From positions 1 through 62,400 of the IMG/VR virus record IMGVR_UViG_3300024518_003383: DNA of 62,400 nt, one strand, 5' to 3'. This document shows, in pieces, positions 1-8,650 of this stretch. Under the pieces are notes generated by a model. The model saw nothing but the letters and a program-made list of their open reading frames with translations. It was not told the DNA's origin and did not search any database. This DNA comes from a virus (Duplodnaviria; Caudoviricetes). Positions within the stretch are counted from its first letter, which is position 1. Every line of letters begins with the position of its first letter. A program made the position numbers and the translations under genes.

Positions 1-405
1 AAACCCCAGGATGCAACCCCGCGTGGGCGCCGCTGTCGGCGTGTGTTCGGCGCGCTTGCGGAGGGACGCCTTCCCATGGCCCCCTGTTGCGAGCGGATGC
101 GAGGCCGAACCCACCGGGTCGGCTAAAACCCCACCAGCGAGATCAACCCCCCTTCGAACGGTCCCCAAGTAGGGCCGACCCGATGGAGTCCGGGCAGTCC
201 CTTAGCGTCGCTGCGCGGCACCTGAAGGCATGGCGCGTAAGTTGAGGCGAAGCCGGACCCCGTCGCGCTTGCGTCGTCCACGCGCGGATGGTCGGACCGC
301 CCCCCGATCGTTCCGGGCTGAAACACACTGGAGAAACAGGCCGCGCCCTACCGGATGCCATCGAGCGCAACCGGCCGCGATGCCGGTACTTGCGGAGTGT
401 CAGGA

Positions 406-411
406 TAGACT
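406..411 (+). promoter_or_regulatory. -10 box of a leaderless promoter
   Basis: TAGACT lies 7 nt before ATG 419; allele B has TACACT at the same spacing. Confidence 0.6.
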
Positions 412-418
412 TCGCTCT

Positions 419-973
419 ATGGCAAGGACGCTACAGACGACACCTCACGGAAGATTCAGAAAGTTGATCGCGTCGTTCGAGACGCGGGTGTTCGGGGATA
501 TCTGGACCGCCCCCAATGGATTCCTCACGGACGGGGCGAGCGTCCCGTGGCTCGCATGGTGGCTCACGTACACGCCACACGACCCACGCGTGGCAGAGGC
601 GGCGGCGATTCACGATGCGGCGTATGTGTACCAACCGCGGACCAGGGCCGAAGCCGACCGGGTCTTCCGTGAGTTGCTGCTACGGAACGACGCGGCGCCG
701 TGGAAGGCCGCGCTCATGTTCTGGGCGGTGCGCCTATTCGGGTGGCTCGCATGGTGGCGCAAGTCGGCGACGGGGCTCCAGCGGACGGACCTGGTCCAGC
801 CCGCCGCGCCGACCTTCGACCCTTCGGAGCAGGTCACGCCAGTCGAGGGCGTGCCGCTCGATGGAGTCCCGGCGGTGGTCGACGGATCGCCGCAACGGAT
901 CCAACTGGTCCCGGCGCTTCGTCGGGGAGATGACGATTCCGACCCGGACCTGGATCTCGATACGCTATCGTGA
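419..973 (+). CDS. DUF1353-family protein (allele A)
   Basis: Motifs TDGASVP, AAAIHDAAY, R.EAD.VF and MFWAVRLFG. Confidence 0.85.
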   Translation: MARTLQTTPHGRFRKLIASFETRVFGDIWTAPNGFLTDGASVPWLAWWLTYTPHDPRVAEAAAIHDAAYVYQPRTRAEADRVFRELLLRNDAAPWKAALMFWAVRLFGWLAWWRKSATGLQRTDLVQPAAPTFDPSEQVTPVEGVPLDGVPAVVDGSPQRIQLVPALRRGDDDSDPDLDLDTLS

Positions 974-977
974 GCGC

Positions 978-1436
978 ATGGCAAGCCAACCCCGCAAGCC
1001 GCACCGGCGACACTACCGAACGACGACGCGAGGGGGACTCGCACGGGAGACGGCGATCGGTGCGCTGTTGTATCCGGAGAAAGTCGAGCGGCCGAAGACC
1101 CGCGACGAGTGTCCCGAGTGTCGGCCGTGCCCCTTCGTCGGGTGCAAGTGGAACACGTATCTGGACGTCCAGCGGACGGGGATGATCCGATTCTCCCGGG
1201 ACGGCGTCGAGCCGTGGGACGTCCCGGCGTCGACCTCGTGTGTGTTGGATGTTACGGACCGGGGCAGGGCGACGCTCGAAGAGATCGGGGACGCAATGGC
1301 GATGACGCGGGAGCGTGCGAGGCAGATCCAAGACGCGGCGCTCGCAAAGCTCGAAGCGGACCGGGGCGAGTACGCGGACCAGTTCGGGGCCGGGGAGATC
1401 TCCGGCTGGTCCGCCTGGTGGCTGGCGAGGTACTGA
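978..1436 (+). CDS. Cys-rich sigma70 region-4 HTH protein (allele A)
   Basis: RPKTRDECPECRPCPFVGC...SCVLDV...TLEEIGDAMAMTRERARQIQ; the last part is a sigma70 region 4.2 signature. Confidence 0.85.
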   Translation: MASQPRKPHRRHYRTTTRGGLARETAIGALLYPEKVERPKTRDECPECRPCPFVGCKWNTYLDVQRTGMIRFSRDGVEPWDVPASTSCVLDVTDRGRATLEEIGDAMAMTRERARQIQDAALAKLEADRGEYADQFGAGEISGWSAWWLARY

Positions 1437-1462
1437 ACAGAGCGCTACACGCCCCGCGCGCT

Positions 1463-1479
1463 GGTCCTAATCGCGGACC
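1463..1479. promoter_or_regulatory. Operator GGTCC-N7-GGACC
   Basis: Palindrome that recurs at 1542, 43707, 43758, 60200 and 60279. Confidence 0.7.
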
Positions 1480-1541
1480 ATGCGCTGGCCACACGTGATT
1501 AGGTGCGGGGGCGTATCTGCACGAACGTCGCTTTGTTTGGT

Positions 1542-1578
1542 GGTCCCCCTTGCGGACCACTCCGGGCGGGTGCATTGT
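1542..1578 (+). promoter_or_regulatory. Promoter TTGCGG-N17-CATTGT overlapped by a GGTCC-N7-GGACC operator
   Basis: 17-bp spacer; GTG start 6 nt downstream; same architecture at 43758-43794. Confidence 0.7.
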
Positions 1579-1584
1579 TCTCCC

Positions 1585-2025
1585 GTGGCCGACACGAAAA
1601 CAACCCCCGCCCCCGCCTCCATGCACCTCGCCGATTTTCAGGCATTGCCCCCGGTGGAGATGGCCGCCTGGATTGACGGGACGAGCCGGACCACTGGCCT
1701 CGCCGACGTCCCCATGCAATGCGCATCCTTCCTCGTCGTCCTGGGTCGCCCCGTGCCCGTGGGCGAGGATGGCCTGAGCCGCGAAGCCGCCTACGTCGCC
1801 GACAGTGGCGAGGCCGATGCGTTGGAGTTCCACCCGGGCGGCTTCGTCGGGCACACCAGCGGAACGCAGAGGTACGCCTTCGAGCCCGGCGACGGCGAGC
1901 GGCTTCGGTTCTCGCTCCGTGCCACCGGCGAGTACAAGCAGGCGGGGATCTCCTCACGCGGGACCATGCGAGCATGGGGCAGGCTTTCACACGGGCGCAC
2001 GCGCTCTTACGATTTCAACTATTGA
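1585..2025 (+). CDS. Hypothetical protein (chimeric relative to allele B)
   Basis: Leaderless GTG; C-terminal ~75 aa shared with 60571-61200. Confidence 0.65.
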   Translation: MADTKTTPAPASMHLADFQALPPVEMAAWIDGTSRTTGLADVPMQCASFLVVLGRPVPVGEDGLSREAAYVADSGEADALEFHPGGFVGHTSGTQRYAFEPGDGERLRFSLRATGEYKQAGISSRGTMRAWGRLSHGRTRSYDFNY

Positions 2026-2060
2026 ACCCCCACACCAAGAGAACTGGACGGAGAATCAAC

Positions 2061-2432
2061 ATGGCTAGCATCGACGGAAACATGATCGCACTCGACGGAT
2101 ACCTTCGCGGACTCGACAGCATGGAGGTGCTCGACCGCCTCGCGGAAGACGAGCAGGACCGGGTCGGCGCCGAACTCGAAGACCACCGCGCCGCCATCGC
2201 GAACGCGCTCGGGAGACTCGCGGGCGCCGTCCGCAAGGGCCGGGTAACGGTTGCCACGCTCGACGAGTTCGGCCTACTTACGGCGCTCGACAACGTCACG
2301 GCGGAGACGGTCGACGAGGACGCGGCGGCCACTCTGCGAGACGAGGCCCGCGGGGCGGTCGACTGCGAGGATACCCTGGAGGCCATCGACGACGGCTCAT
2401 GGGAACCGGAGGAAGAGGCGTGCGAGATATGA
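2061..2432 (+). CDS. Acidic hypothetical protein
   Basis: GGAGA RBS; conserved in allele B. Confidence 0.75.
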   Translation: MASIDGNMIALDGYLRGLDSMEVLDRLAEDEQDRVGAELEDHRAAIANALGRLAGAVRKGRVTVATLDEFGLLTALDNVTAETVDEDAAATLRDEARGAVDCEDTLEAIDDGSWEPEEEACEI

Positions 2433-2653
2433 ACAGCACGGCCGGCCCTTCGGGGTCCTGCCCCAACTGCACCCGCGGACGAGGGACTCCGCGGGGTTGC
2501 AGTGTCTGCCAGTGGACGGGCGAAACGAACTGGACGAAGGCGGCGATCTTCATGGACGCCGCCTTGCTCGATGCCTTCCCCGACGTAGGGGACAACCCAC
2601 CAGACGACATGATCACTTCGGGGAAGACGCCCGAGATCGCAGGAGAGATCTAG
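2429..2653 (+). CDS. Small zinc-finger protein
   Basis: CPNC...CSVC; ATGA overlap; conserved in allele B. Confidence 0.65.
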   Translation: MNSTAGPSGSCPNCTRGRGTPRGCSVCQWTGETNWTKAAIFMDAALLDAFPDVGDNPPDDMITSGKTPEIAGEI

Positions 2654-2655
2654 AC

Positions 2656-2916
2656 ATGCCAAGAAACGGAATCACGACCGAAGCCGCCAACGCGTTTGGC
2701 CTCATGTTCTGCCGCTCGTGTGGCGCGGACGTCCGACGGTGCGGCGTCATGGCCAAGCCCGGGGAGTCCGTGGTCCTAGACATCGGGCACAAGCCCGGCG
2801 CCCCGTGGGCCCGTGTGTCGCGTGCTCTGGTGTCGAGTGTCGAGGGGCTCGAAGCCGATGGGGTGTCGACGACAGACCTTCCCCGGTACCGCGCACACAA
2901 TTGCCCCGCGACTTGA
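2656..2916 (+). CDS. Small CxxC/HxC protein
   Basis: CRSC...HNC; conserved in allele B. Confidence 0.65.
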   Translation: MPRNGITTEAANAFGLMFCRSCGADVRRCGVMAKPGESVVLDIGHKPGAPWARVSRALVSSVEGLEADGVSTTDLPRYRAHNCPAT

Positions 2917-2927
2917 CACTCCGTCAA
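2913..2927. promoter_or_regulatory. Operator TTGAC-N5-GTCAA overlapping a TTGACA -35 box
   Basis: Palindrome; identical copy at 5154. Confidence 0.75.
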
Positions 2928-2978
2928 ATCCACGCAACGTTGCCCATTCACCCCCCCCCCCACACGAAAGCCGACCCC

Positions 2979-3830
2979 ATGACTATCAAAACAGGCCCCG
3001 CCGCATTCACGGACGTTCGCATCGTCGAAGACCTCGCCGAAGCCGACTATCACGCCCACGAGGATCTCTCGTCGACGAAGCTTCGCAAGTTCATGTCCTC
3101 GCCTCAGGAGTATTACGCGATCCACGAAGCGGAGACGATCGAGCCGCCGAAGAAGACCGCCGCGATGGCCTTCGGGACGCTCGTCCATGAACTGGTCTTT
3201 GAACCTTCGGCCGGACGCTACGCAATCGGTCCGAACGTAGGCAAGCGCACGAAGGCGTGGGCGAAGTTCGAGATGGACTGCGCTCGCGATGGTCGCTATG
3301 GCGTGAGCGAAGACGACCACGAGCGCGCCCGGACTTGCGTCGATTCACTACAGGCAAACGACATCGCGCGCATGCTTCTCTGGGAAGCGAACGGGGCGAC
3401 GGAAGAGACGGTCTTTGCTACCCACGAAGAGACCGGGATCAAGGTCCGTGCAAAGCTCGACCGGCGACTGGTGGGGGACGTATCGGCGATCGGAGACCTG
3501 AAGACCGCCGTCATGTGGCGGCCGTCTGAGTTCCCCCGCGCGATGTTGAATGGGGGATACGATATCCAGATCGCCCTGTATCACGACCTCGCCGCTGCGC
3601 TTCGTCAAGTCGAGTCGATGGACGCGTTCTTCGTGGTCGTCAATCCCAACCCGCCTCACGAAGTCGTGAGCATGCAAGTCGGGATGGCGACGATGCTCGC
3701 TGGCCGCGACAAGTACGAGAGAGGACTCCGCGACTTCGCAGCGTGCAAGGCGTCCGGTGACTGGCGTTGCAGGGAATCCCGCGAAGTGGTCCAGGTCGAC
3801 TTGCCCGTGTGGGCCCTGAAGAACGATTGA
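2979..3830 (+). CDS. RecE/exonuclease VIII-like PD-(D/E)XK nuclease (DUF3799-like)
   Basis: YH..LSSTKL, AMAFGTLVH, KVRAKLD, IGDLKT and YDIQIALY motifs. Confidence 0.85.
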   Translation: MTIKTGPAAFTDVRIVEDLAEADYHAHEDLSSTKLRKFMSSPQEYYAIHEAETIEPPKKTAAMAFGTLVHELVFEPSAGRYAIGPNVGKRTKAWAKFEMDCARDGRYGVSEDDHERARTCVDSLQANDIARMLLWEANGATEETVFATHEETGIKVRAKLDRRLVGDVSAIGDLKTAVMWRPSEFPRAMLNGGYDIQIALYHDLAAALRQVESMDAFFVVVNPNPPHEVVSMQVGMATMLAGRDKYERGLRDFAACKASGDWRCRESREVVQVDLPVWALKND

Positions 3831-3866
3831 GAACAACCCCGAACCGAACGAACGAAAGCCAACCCC

Positions 3867-5150
3867 ATGAGCAGCAAGATCATCCGACTCGACATCCTGA
3901 ACTTCAAAAAAATCACCGCCGTGCATATCGAGCCGAAGGGGTCGACCGTCATCGTCGCGGGGAAAAACAAGCAGGGGAAGTCGACAGTTCTCGACGCTAT
4001 CCAGGCCGCACTCGAAGGCCGCAAGTCCCTACCCGAAGACCCGATCCGCCATGGGGCACGCAAGGCGGAGATCGTCCTGGATATCGGGGACGTTACGGTG
4101 AGCCGCACCTTCACGAAGAAGGGGACGAAGCTCGAAGTCCGTGGGGCCAACGGCAAGATCGCAAGCCCCCAGGCCGCGCTCGACTCGCTCACACAATCGC
4201 TCACCTTCGACCCCCTCGCATTCCAGCGGATGGAATCGAAGGAGCGGGCGCGAGTCCTCCGCGAACTCGCGGGGCTCGACACCAGCGAAGAGGAAGCGAA
4301 GATCGCGGAGACCATGGAGACGCGTCGAGCCGTCAAGCGCGAGGCGAAGGCGCTCGACGCGAAGGCGGGTGCAGGCGCACCGCATCCCGGCGCGCCACTC
4401 CAGAAGACGCCGATGTCTGAGGTACTCGCGCGGCTCGACGAAGCGACCGCGAGCCAGCGGGCTGCACACGAAGCGCAGGAGGTAGTCCGCAAGCGAAGCG
4501 GCAAGGCGCTGGAGTCTCGCCAGACCGTCGAGAAGATCGAAGCGCAGATCGAGCGATTGCAAGCCCGGCTGGAAGAGTGGACCGCCGCGAGGACGAAGGA
4601 GGAAGAGGCGGTGCGATGTGCTGTCGCCGAAGCCGAAACGCTCGAAGCCGCGAGCAGGGTTCACGACCACGACGACATCCGGCAGGAACTCGACACCCTC
4701 GAAGATACGAACGCGAAGGTCGAAGCGAATCACAAACACGAAGAACTCGTCGCGGAGCATCGAGCGAAGGAAGACGAGGTCGACCGGTTGACGGAGACGA
4801 TCGACGAACTGCGCGAGGCGGTGTCCGCCAAGATCGAGGCGGCATCATTCCCCGTCGATGGGCTCGCGGTTGACGATGACGGGGTGGTCTTCGACGGCGT
4901 CCCCTTCGAGCAGGCCAGCGGAGCGGAGCGCCTGAAGGTGAGCGCAGCGATCGGGCTCGCGCTGAATCCCGATCTCCGGATCCTTCTAATCCGGGACGGG
5001 AGCTTGCTCGACGACGACAGCATGGCCGCGCTCGAAGTCTTCGCCGAAGAGAACGACGCGCAGGTATGGATCGAGTGTGTGGGGCACCGCGAGGGCGCTG
5101 CGATCGAGATGGTCGACGGACACGCGTCGGACGATGGCGACGAGTTCTAG
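3867..5150 (+). CDS. SMC/SbcC(Rad50)-like ATPase
   Basis: Walker A GKNKQGKST, long coiled coil, ASGAE signature, LLIRDG Walker B. Confidence 0.85.
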   Translation: MSSKIIRLDILNFKKITAVHIEPKGSTVIVAGKNKQGKSTVLDAIQAALEGRKSLPEDPIRHGARKAEIVLDIGDVTVSRTFTKKGTKLEVRGANGKIASPQAALDSLTQSLTFDPLAFQRMESKERARVLRELAGLDTSEEEAKIAETMETRRAVKREAKALDAKAGAGAPHPGAPLQKTPMSEVLARLDEATASQRAAHEAQEVVRKRSGKALESRQTVEKIEAQIERLQARLEEWTAARTKEEEAVRCAVAEAETLEAASRVHDHDDIRQELDTLEDTNAKVEANHKHEELVAEHRAKEDEVDRLTETIDELREAVSAKIEAASFPVDGLAVDDDGVVFDGVPFEQASGAERLKVSAAIGLALNPDLRILLIRDGSLLDDDSMAALEVFAEENDAQVWIECVGHREGAAIEMVDGHASDDGDEF

Positions 5151-5153
5151 GCC

Positions 5154-5168
5154 TTGACACTCCGTCAA
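5154..5168. promoter_or_regulatory. Operator TTGAC-N5-GTCAA / -35 box
   Basis: TTGACACTCCGTCAA in the intergenic gap. Confidence 0.75.
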
Positions 5169-5219
5169 ATGAACGGGACGCTCTTCGTCCGACAACCCCA
5201 ACACAAGAAAGCCAACCCC

Positions 5220-6290
5220 ATGAACGACCAATACCAAGAGACGACGCAAGCCGGAACCGAGATCCAAGTTATCCCCGCCACAGCATTGCAGGAGGTCACA
5301 CGCTCGGAGATCGAGCAGCAAGTCGACACGGCTCGCAAGTACCCTCGCATGGTGTCGCGCTGTCGTGATAACGCGCTAGGCCTTGCGACGATGGACCAGG
5401 AAATCGCGGCGCAGTGCTTCTATTCGATCCCGCGCGGCGGGAAGAAGATCGAAGGGCCGAGTGTGAGGCTCGCGGAGATCCTCGGATCGTCCTGGACAAA
5501 TCTTCGCTATGGCTCGCGCGTCGTCGAAGTCGGGGCAAGCGTCGTGACTGCGCAGGGCGTGTGCCACGACTTGGAAACGAACGTGGCGATAACGGTCGAA
5601 GTGCGGCGGAACATCCTAGACAAACGAGGGAACCGATACGGGCAGGACATGATCACCGTAACGGCGCAAGCGGCGATGTCTATCGCCTTGCGGAACGCGA
5701 TCTTCAAGGTGATCCCCCGCGCCATGTGGGAAGGGATCTACCGCGAGGCCAGGTCCGCCTCGCTCGGGAAAGGGACCACGGAACAAAAGCGCGCGAGCGT
5801 TCTCGACTGGTTTGGACGGCGGAAGGTTACGGCCGAGCAGGTATGCGAACTCGCCGGCGTCCGGGCCGTCGACGATCTCGATCTCGACCGGCTTATCACG
5901 CTCCGCGGCGTTACGACTGCCGTCCGCGACGGAGACACCACACTGGCGGCCCTGCTCGCGCAAGCTGCCGGGCACGGCGAAGGCAAATCCACGTTATCGG
6001 ACGCGCTCGCGGAGATGAAAAGAGCGAAGGCCGCGGCGGCCGCGACGGAGACGGAGGGCGCCCCCGAGCCGCACGACCCCGCACAAGCGGCGAAGGCCCC
6101 GGAACTCACGAGCGCGCCCGCCGATGCGGAAAGCCCCGTAGAATCGACGCCAGCCCCTCAGAGCACGCAAGGCGAAGAGGTGCCCCCGCACGACCCGGAT
6201 ACCGGCGAAGTCCTGGACACGCCAGCACCGGACCCGGCAGACGAAGACGAGTATACCGACCCGGGGCCACCGGCCGGGGAGGGATTCTAG
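5220..6290 (+). CDS. Putative single-strand annealing/recombination protein
   Basis: ARKYPR..CFYSIPRGGKKIEGPSVRLAE phage family seen next to RecE; acidic disordered tail. Confidence 0.55.
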   Translation: MNDQYQETTQAGTEIQVIPATALQEVTRSEIEQQVDTARKYPRMVSRCRDNALGLATMDQEIAAQCFYSIPRGGKKIEGPSVRLAEILGSSWTNLRYGSRVVEVGASVVTAQGVCHDLETNVAITVEVRRNILDKRGNRYGQDMITVTAQAAMSIALRNAIFKVIPRAMWEGIYREARSASLGKGTTEQKRASVLDWFGRRKVTAEQVCELAGVRAVDDLDLDRLITLRGVTTAVRDGDTTLAALLAQAAGHGEGKSTLSDALAEMKRAKAAAAATETEGAPEPHDPAQAAKAPELTSAPADAESPVESTPAPQSTQGEEVPPHDPDTGEVLDTPAPDPADEDEYTDPGPPAGEGF

Positions 6291-6291
6291 G

Positions 6292-6546
6292 ATGGCGGTC
6301 GACCCCGAAGCCACGGTCACGATCCGGATAGTCGACCTCGTGGCGCTCGTTGACGACGCCAGCACGCGGGCGGAGGTCCGCGGCGCTCCCCCCGGCTTCG
6401 AGGACGTCCGCGCGAGGACCATGCTCCGCCGGGTATGCAACGAACTCGCGGGGCTTGCGGGGGACGTGGCGAAACGAAACGAGCGTGGCGTCCACCTCGC
6501 GCGCGAGCATGTGGCGACCATGCTCGCCAGCCTTGCGGACGACTGA
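6292..6546 (+). CDS. Hypothetical protein
   Basis: ORF packed between its neighbours. Confidence 0.6.
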   Translation: MAVDPEATVTIRIVDLVALVDDASTRAEVRGAPPGFEDVRARTMLRRVCNELAGLAGDVAKRNERGVHLAREHVATMLASLADD

Positions 6547-6592
6547 GGCGGACGTTTACGTGCCACACAACACGCGAAGGAGACTCGACCCC

Positions 6593-7249
6593 ATGAAAGC
6601 GACCACCACAGTACTCGCGGCGGCCCTGTTTGCTGGACCACTGCAGGCGGCGGAGACGGAAAAACACGATACGCCGATCGAAGAACTCGACACGGACACC
6701 GTGCTGCGCTCCGGGCTGACCCACGCGATCGAACGACGCAAGCGGATCCCGTGGCATGAGAAACGCGGGGAGGTCGTCCACTGGGAAGTGTGCCGCAAGT
6801 CGCCGGGCGGGTGTGCGGTCCACATCGAGGCGATCGTGGATTACATCGTCGACGCGTCCGAAGCTCACGAGGTGGACCCCTACGTGCTCGCGTCCATCGT
6901 GTGGACGGAGTCCAGATACCAACCCTATGCAACGGGCAAGGCTGGAGAGATGGGCATAGTCCAGATCCACCCGAGCAACCGCCACGGGTTGCAATGGATG
7001 CGCAAGGGTAGGGAGGGCGAGCGATACCGAAAGACCTGCAGGAAGCAGGTGGGCCAGTGTCAACACGAGGTGGCGCAGCACGGCGCGGGCATACTATCGC
7101 GGTACGCCGCCCGGTGCGGGAGCATCGAGGGCGGCCTGGCGGCATACAACACGGGCAGGTGTGACAGCACGGCGGGCGCGAAGTATGCCACCCGGGTGCT
7201 GCGACTTGCTGGCGACTTGAGACACGAAGTCGAAGGAGGGTCGGCGTAG
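6593..7249 (+). CDS. Secreted SLT lytic transglycosylase
   Basis: Signal-like MKATTTVLAAALFAGPLQA; catalytic TES, GIVQI and AAYNTG motifs. Confidence 0.85.
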   Translation: MKATTTVLAAALFAGPLQAAETEKHDTPIEELDTDTVLRSGLTHAIERRKRIPWHEKRGEVVHWEVCRKSPGGCAVHIEAIVDYIVDASEAHEVDPYVLASIVWTESRYQPYATGKAGEMGIVQIHPSNRHGLQWMRKGREGERYRKTCRKQVGQCQHEVAQHGAGILSRYAARCGSIEGGLAAYNTGRCDSTAGAKYATRVLRLAGDLRHEVEGGSA

Positions 7250-7250
7250 G

Positions 7251-7832
7251 ATGGCGGGTGCAGGCATTGACCGGGGGCCTGCACCCGCCGGCGTCCTCTC
7301 CATCGACCCCGCGAGCAAGTGCGGGTGGGCGATGTGGACCGGCGGCCGACTATTCCGGCTCGGGACGTGGAAGCTCTCCAGCGGGAAGCCGCTCGAACTT
7401 CGCTTTCGCCAAGTAGCGAAGCACGTCGCGCGGGCCGTCGGAGAACTACAGCACGCAAGCGGCGGCCGCGTCGTCGTCGCGTTTGAGGAAGCCCCGTTCA
7501 ACACGACCGGCATCGACTCGACCATGTCCGCCTATGGACTGCGAGCCCTGCTCATGGTCACGTGTGCGGAGCAGCGGGTCCGCTACCTTCGGATCAACGT
7601 CAGCACGGCGAAGAAGAGCGCGACCGGATACGGCGACGCACACAAGGCGGAGATCATCGCCGCGATCTCCAAACGATTTTCGATCCCGAAACTGTCCGAC
7701 GATGAAGCCGACGCTGTCGCGGTTGGCATCGTAGCCCACGAGCGGTTGGGCCTAACACTCACAACCCCAGCAATCGAGCCGCTCCCCCGGTTGCCACGAC
7801 CACCGAAGAAGAAACGGAAGGCCAAACGATGA
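7251..7832 (+). CDS. RuvC-like Holliday junction resolvase
   Basis: SIDPASKCGWA, VAFEE, AKKSATGYG..HK and DDEADA. Confidence 0.85.
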   Translation: MAGAGIDRGPAPAGVLSIDPASKCGWAMWTGGRLFRLGTWKLSSGKPLELRFRQVAKHVARAVGELQHASGGRVVVAFEEAPFNTTGIDSTMSAYGLRALLMVTCAEQRVRYLRINVSTAKKSATGYGDAHKAEIIAAISKRFSIPKLSDDEADAVAVGIVAHERLGLTLTTPAIEPLPRLPRPPKKKRKAKR

Positions 7833-8626
7833 CGACGAAGAAGAAAACGAGCAAGCCAAAAGCCCCGAAGAAGAAAAGCGCGAAGAAGGAGTCCCGCAAG
7901 TCCAGGGCGTCGAAGGAAGAGAACGAACGCCAGGCGGATGTGTTGGCCGAAGTCGTGGACGCTGGCCACGGGGACTATACGGGCACGGTCGCGCCAGACG
8001 AGGACGGGCACGGGTTCATGGGCCGCGTGTATCGTGTCGAGCACGGTGGGGAGGTCCCCGCTCGTGGTCCGGAAGTCTACGCGACCGGCCTTGTCCCCAC
8101 GCGCGACGATGTCGAGACCTTGATCCGAGCGTGGACGAAGTCGCATTCCGAGCACCTCGCCGAAGTCGAGCGCGTTTCCAACAAGCTACGGGCGGAGACG
8201 TTCGAGTTCGTCAACTCGATCGAGTCGGAGATCATCGAAGAGGAAGGGAAGCTGGCAAAGTTGAAAGCCAAGACATCGGAGCACAAGGCGAACATCCAAG
8301 CCTTGCACACGACGCGACGAGAATACCTCGCACGCGCGAACGACCCGCAACTGGAATTCAGTTTCTCCGGGCTCGCACCTTCGGCCGTCGCACCGGAGCC
8401 GGAGAAAGACTCGCCCGAAGCCCCCACGGCGAATGATTCTCTGGTGGTGTTGACCCCGGCGAAGGCGTCGAAGTTGATCGCCGCGACAGCGGACGTTGAA
8501 ACGTTGGAAGCGTGGCGGTGCGTTGAACTAGACCAGGACGACGTCCGCGAGGACGTCCTGGGCGAGATTGACACGCGGATCGACGAGATAGCGATCAGCC
8601 GCGAGACGAACACCAACGTAAACTAG
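7829..8626 (+). CDS. Hypothetical protein (basic N-terminus, coiled coil)
   Basis: ATGA-coupled ORF. Confidence 0.7.
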   Translation: MTTKKKTSKPKAPKKKSAKKESRKSRASKEENERQADVLAEVVDAGHGDYTGTVAPDEDGHGFMGRVYRVEHGGEVPARGPEVYATGLVPTRDDVETLIRAWTKSHSEHLAEVERVSNKLRAETFEFVNSIESEIIEEEGKLAKLKAKTSEHKANIQALHTTRREYLARANDPQLEFSFSGLAPSAVAPEPEKDSPEAPTANDSLVVLTPAKASKLIAATADVETLEAWRCVELDQDDVREDVLGEIDTRIDEIAISRETNTNVN

Positions 8627-8650
8627 CAGAGAAGCACGAAAGCCAACCCC

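Larger units (their letters stand above)
1..3234. repeat. Variable module allele A (homologous to 58747-62400)
   Basis: 1-127 is identical to 58747-58873 and 3108-3234 is identical to 62274-62400; the interior is collinear but diverged. Confidence 0.95.

Noticed and set aside
160-176. Extra GGTCC-N7-GGACC operator
   Set aside because: One mismatch, and further degraded in allele B
123-370. Minus-strand ORFs in the leftmost non-coding region
   Set aside because: Their reading frames are not conserved in allele B
2951-2961. Poly-C phase-variation tract before the RecE-like gene
   Set aside because: It lies in the leader, is absent from allele B, and cannot be told from drift or homopolymer error
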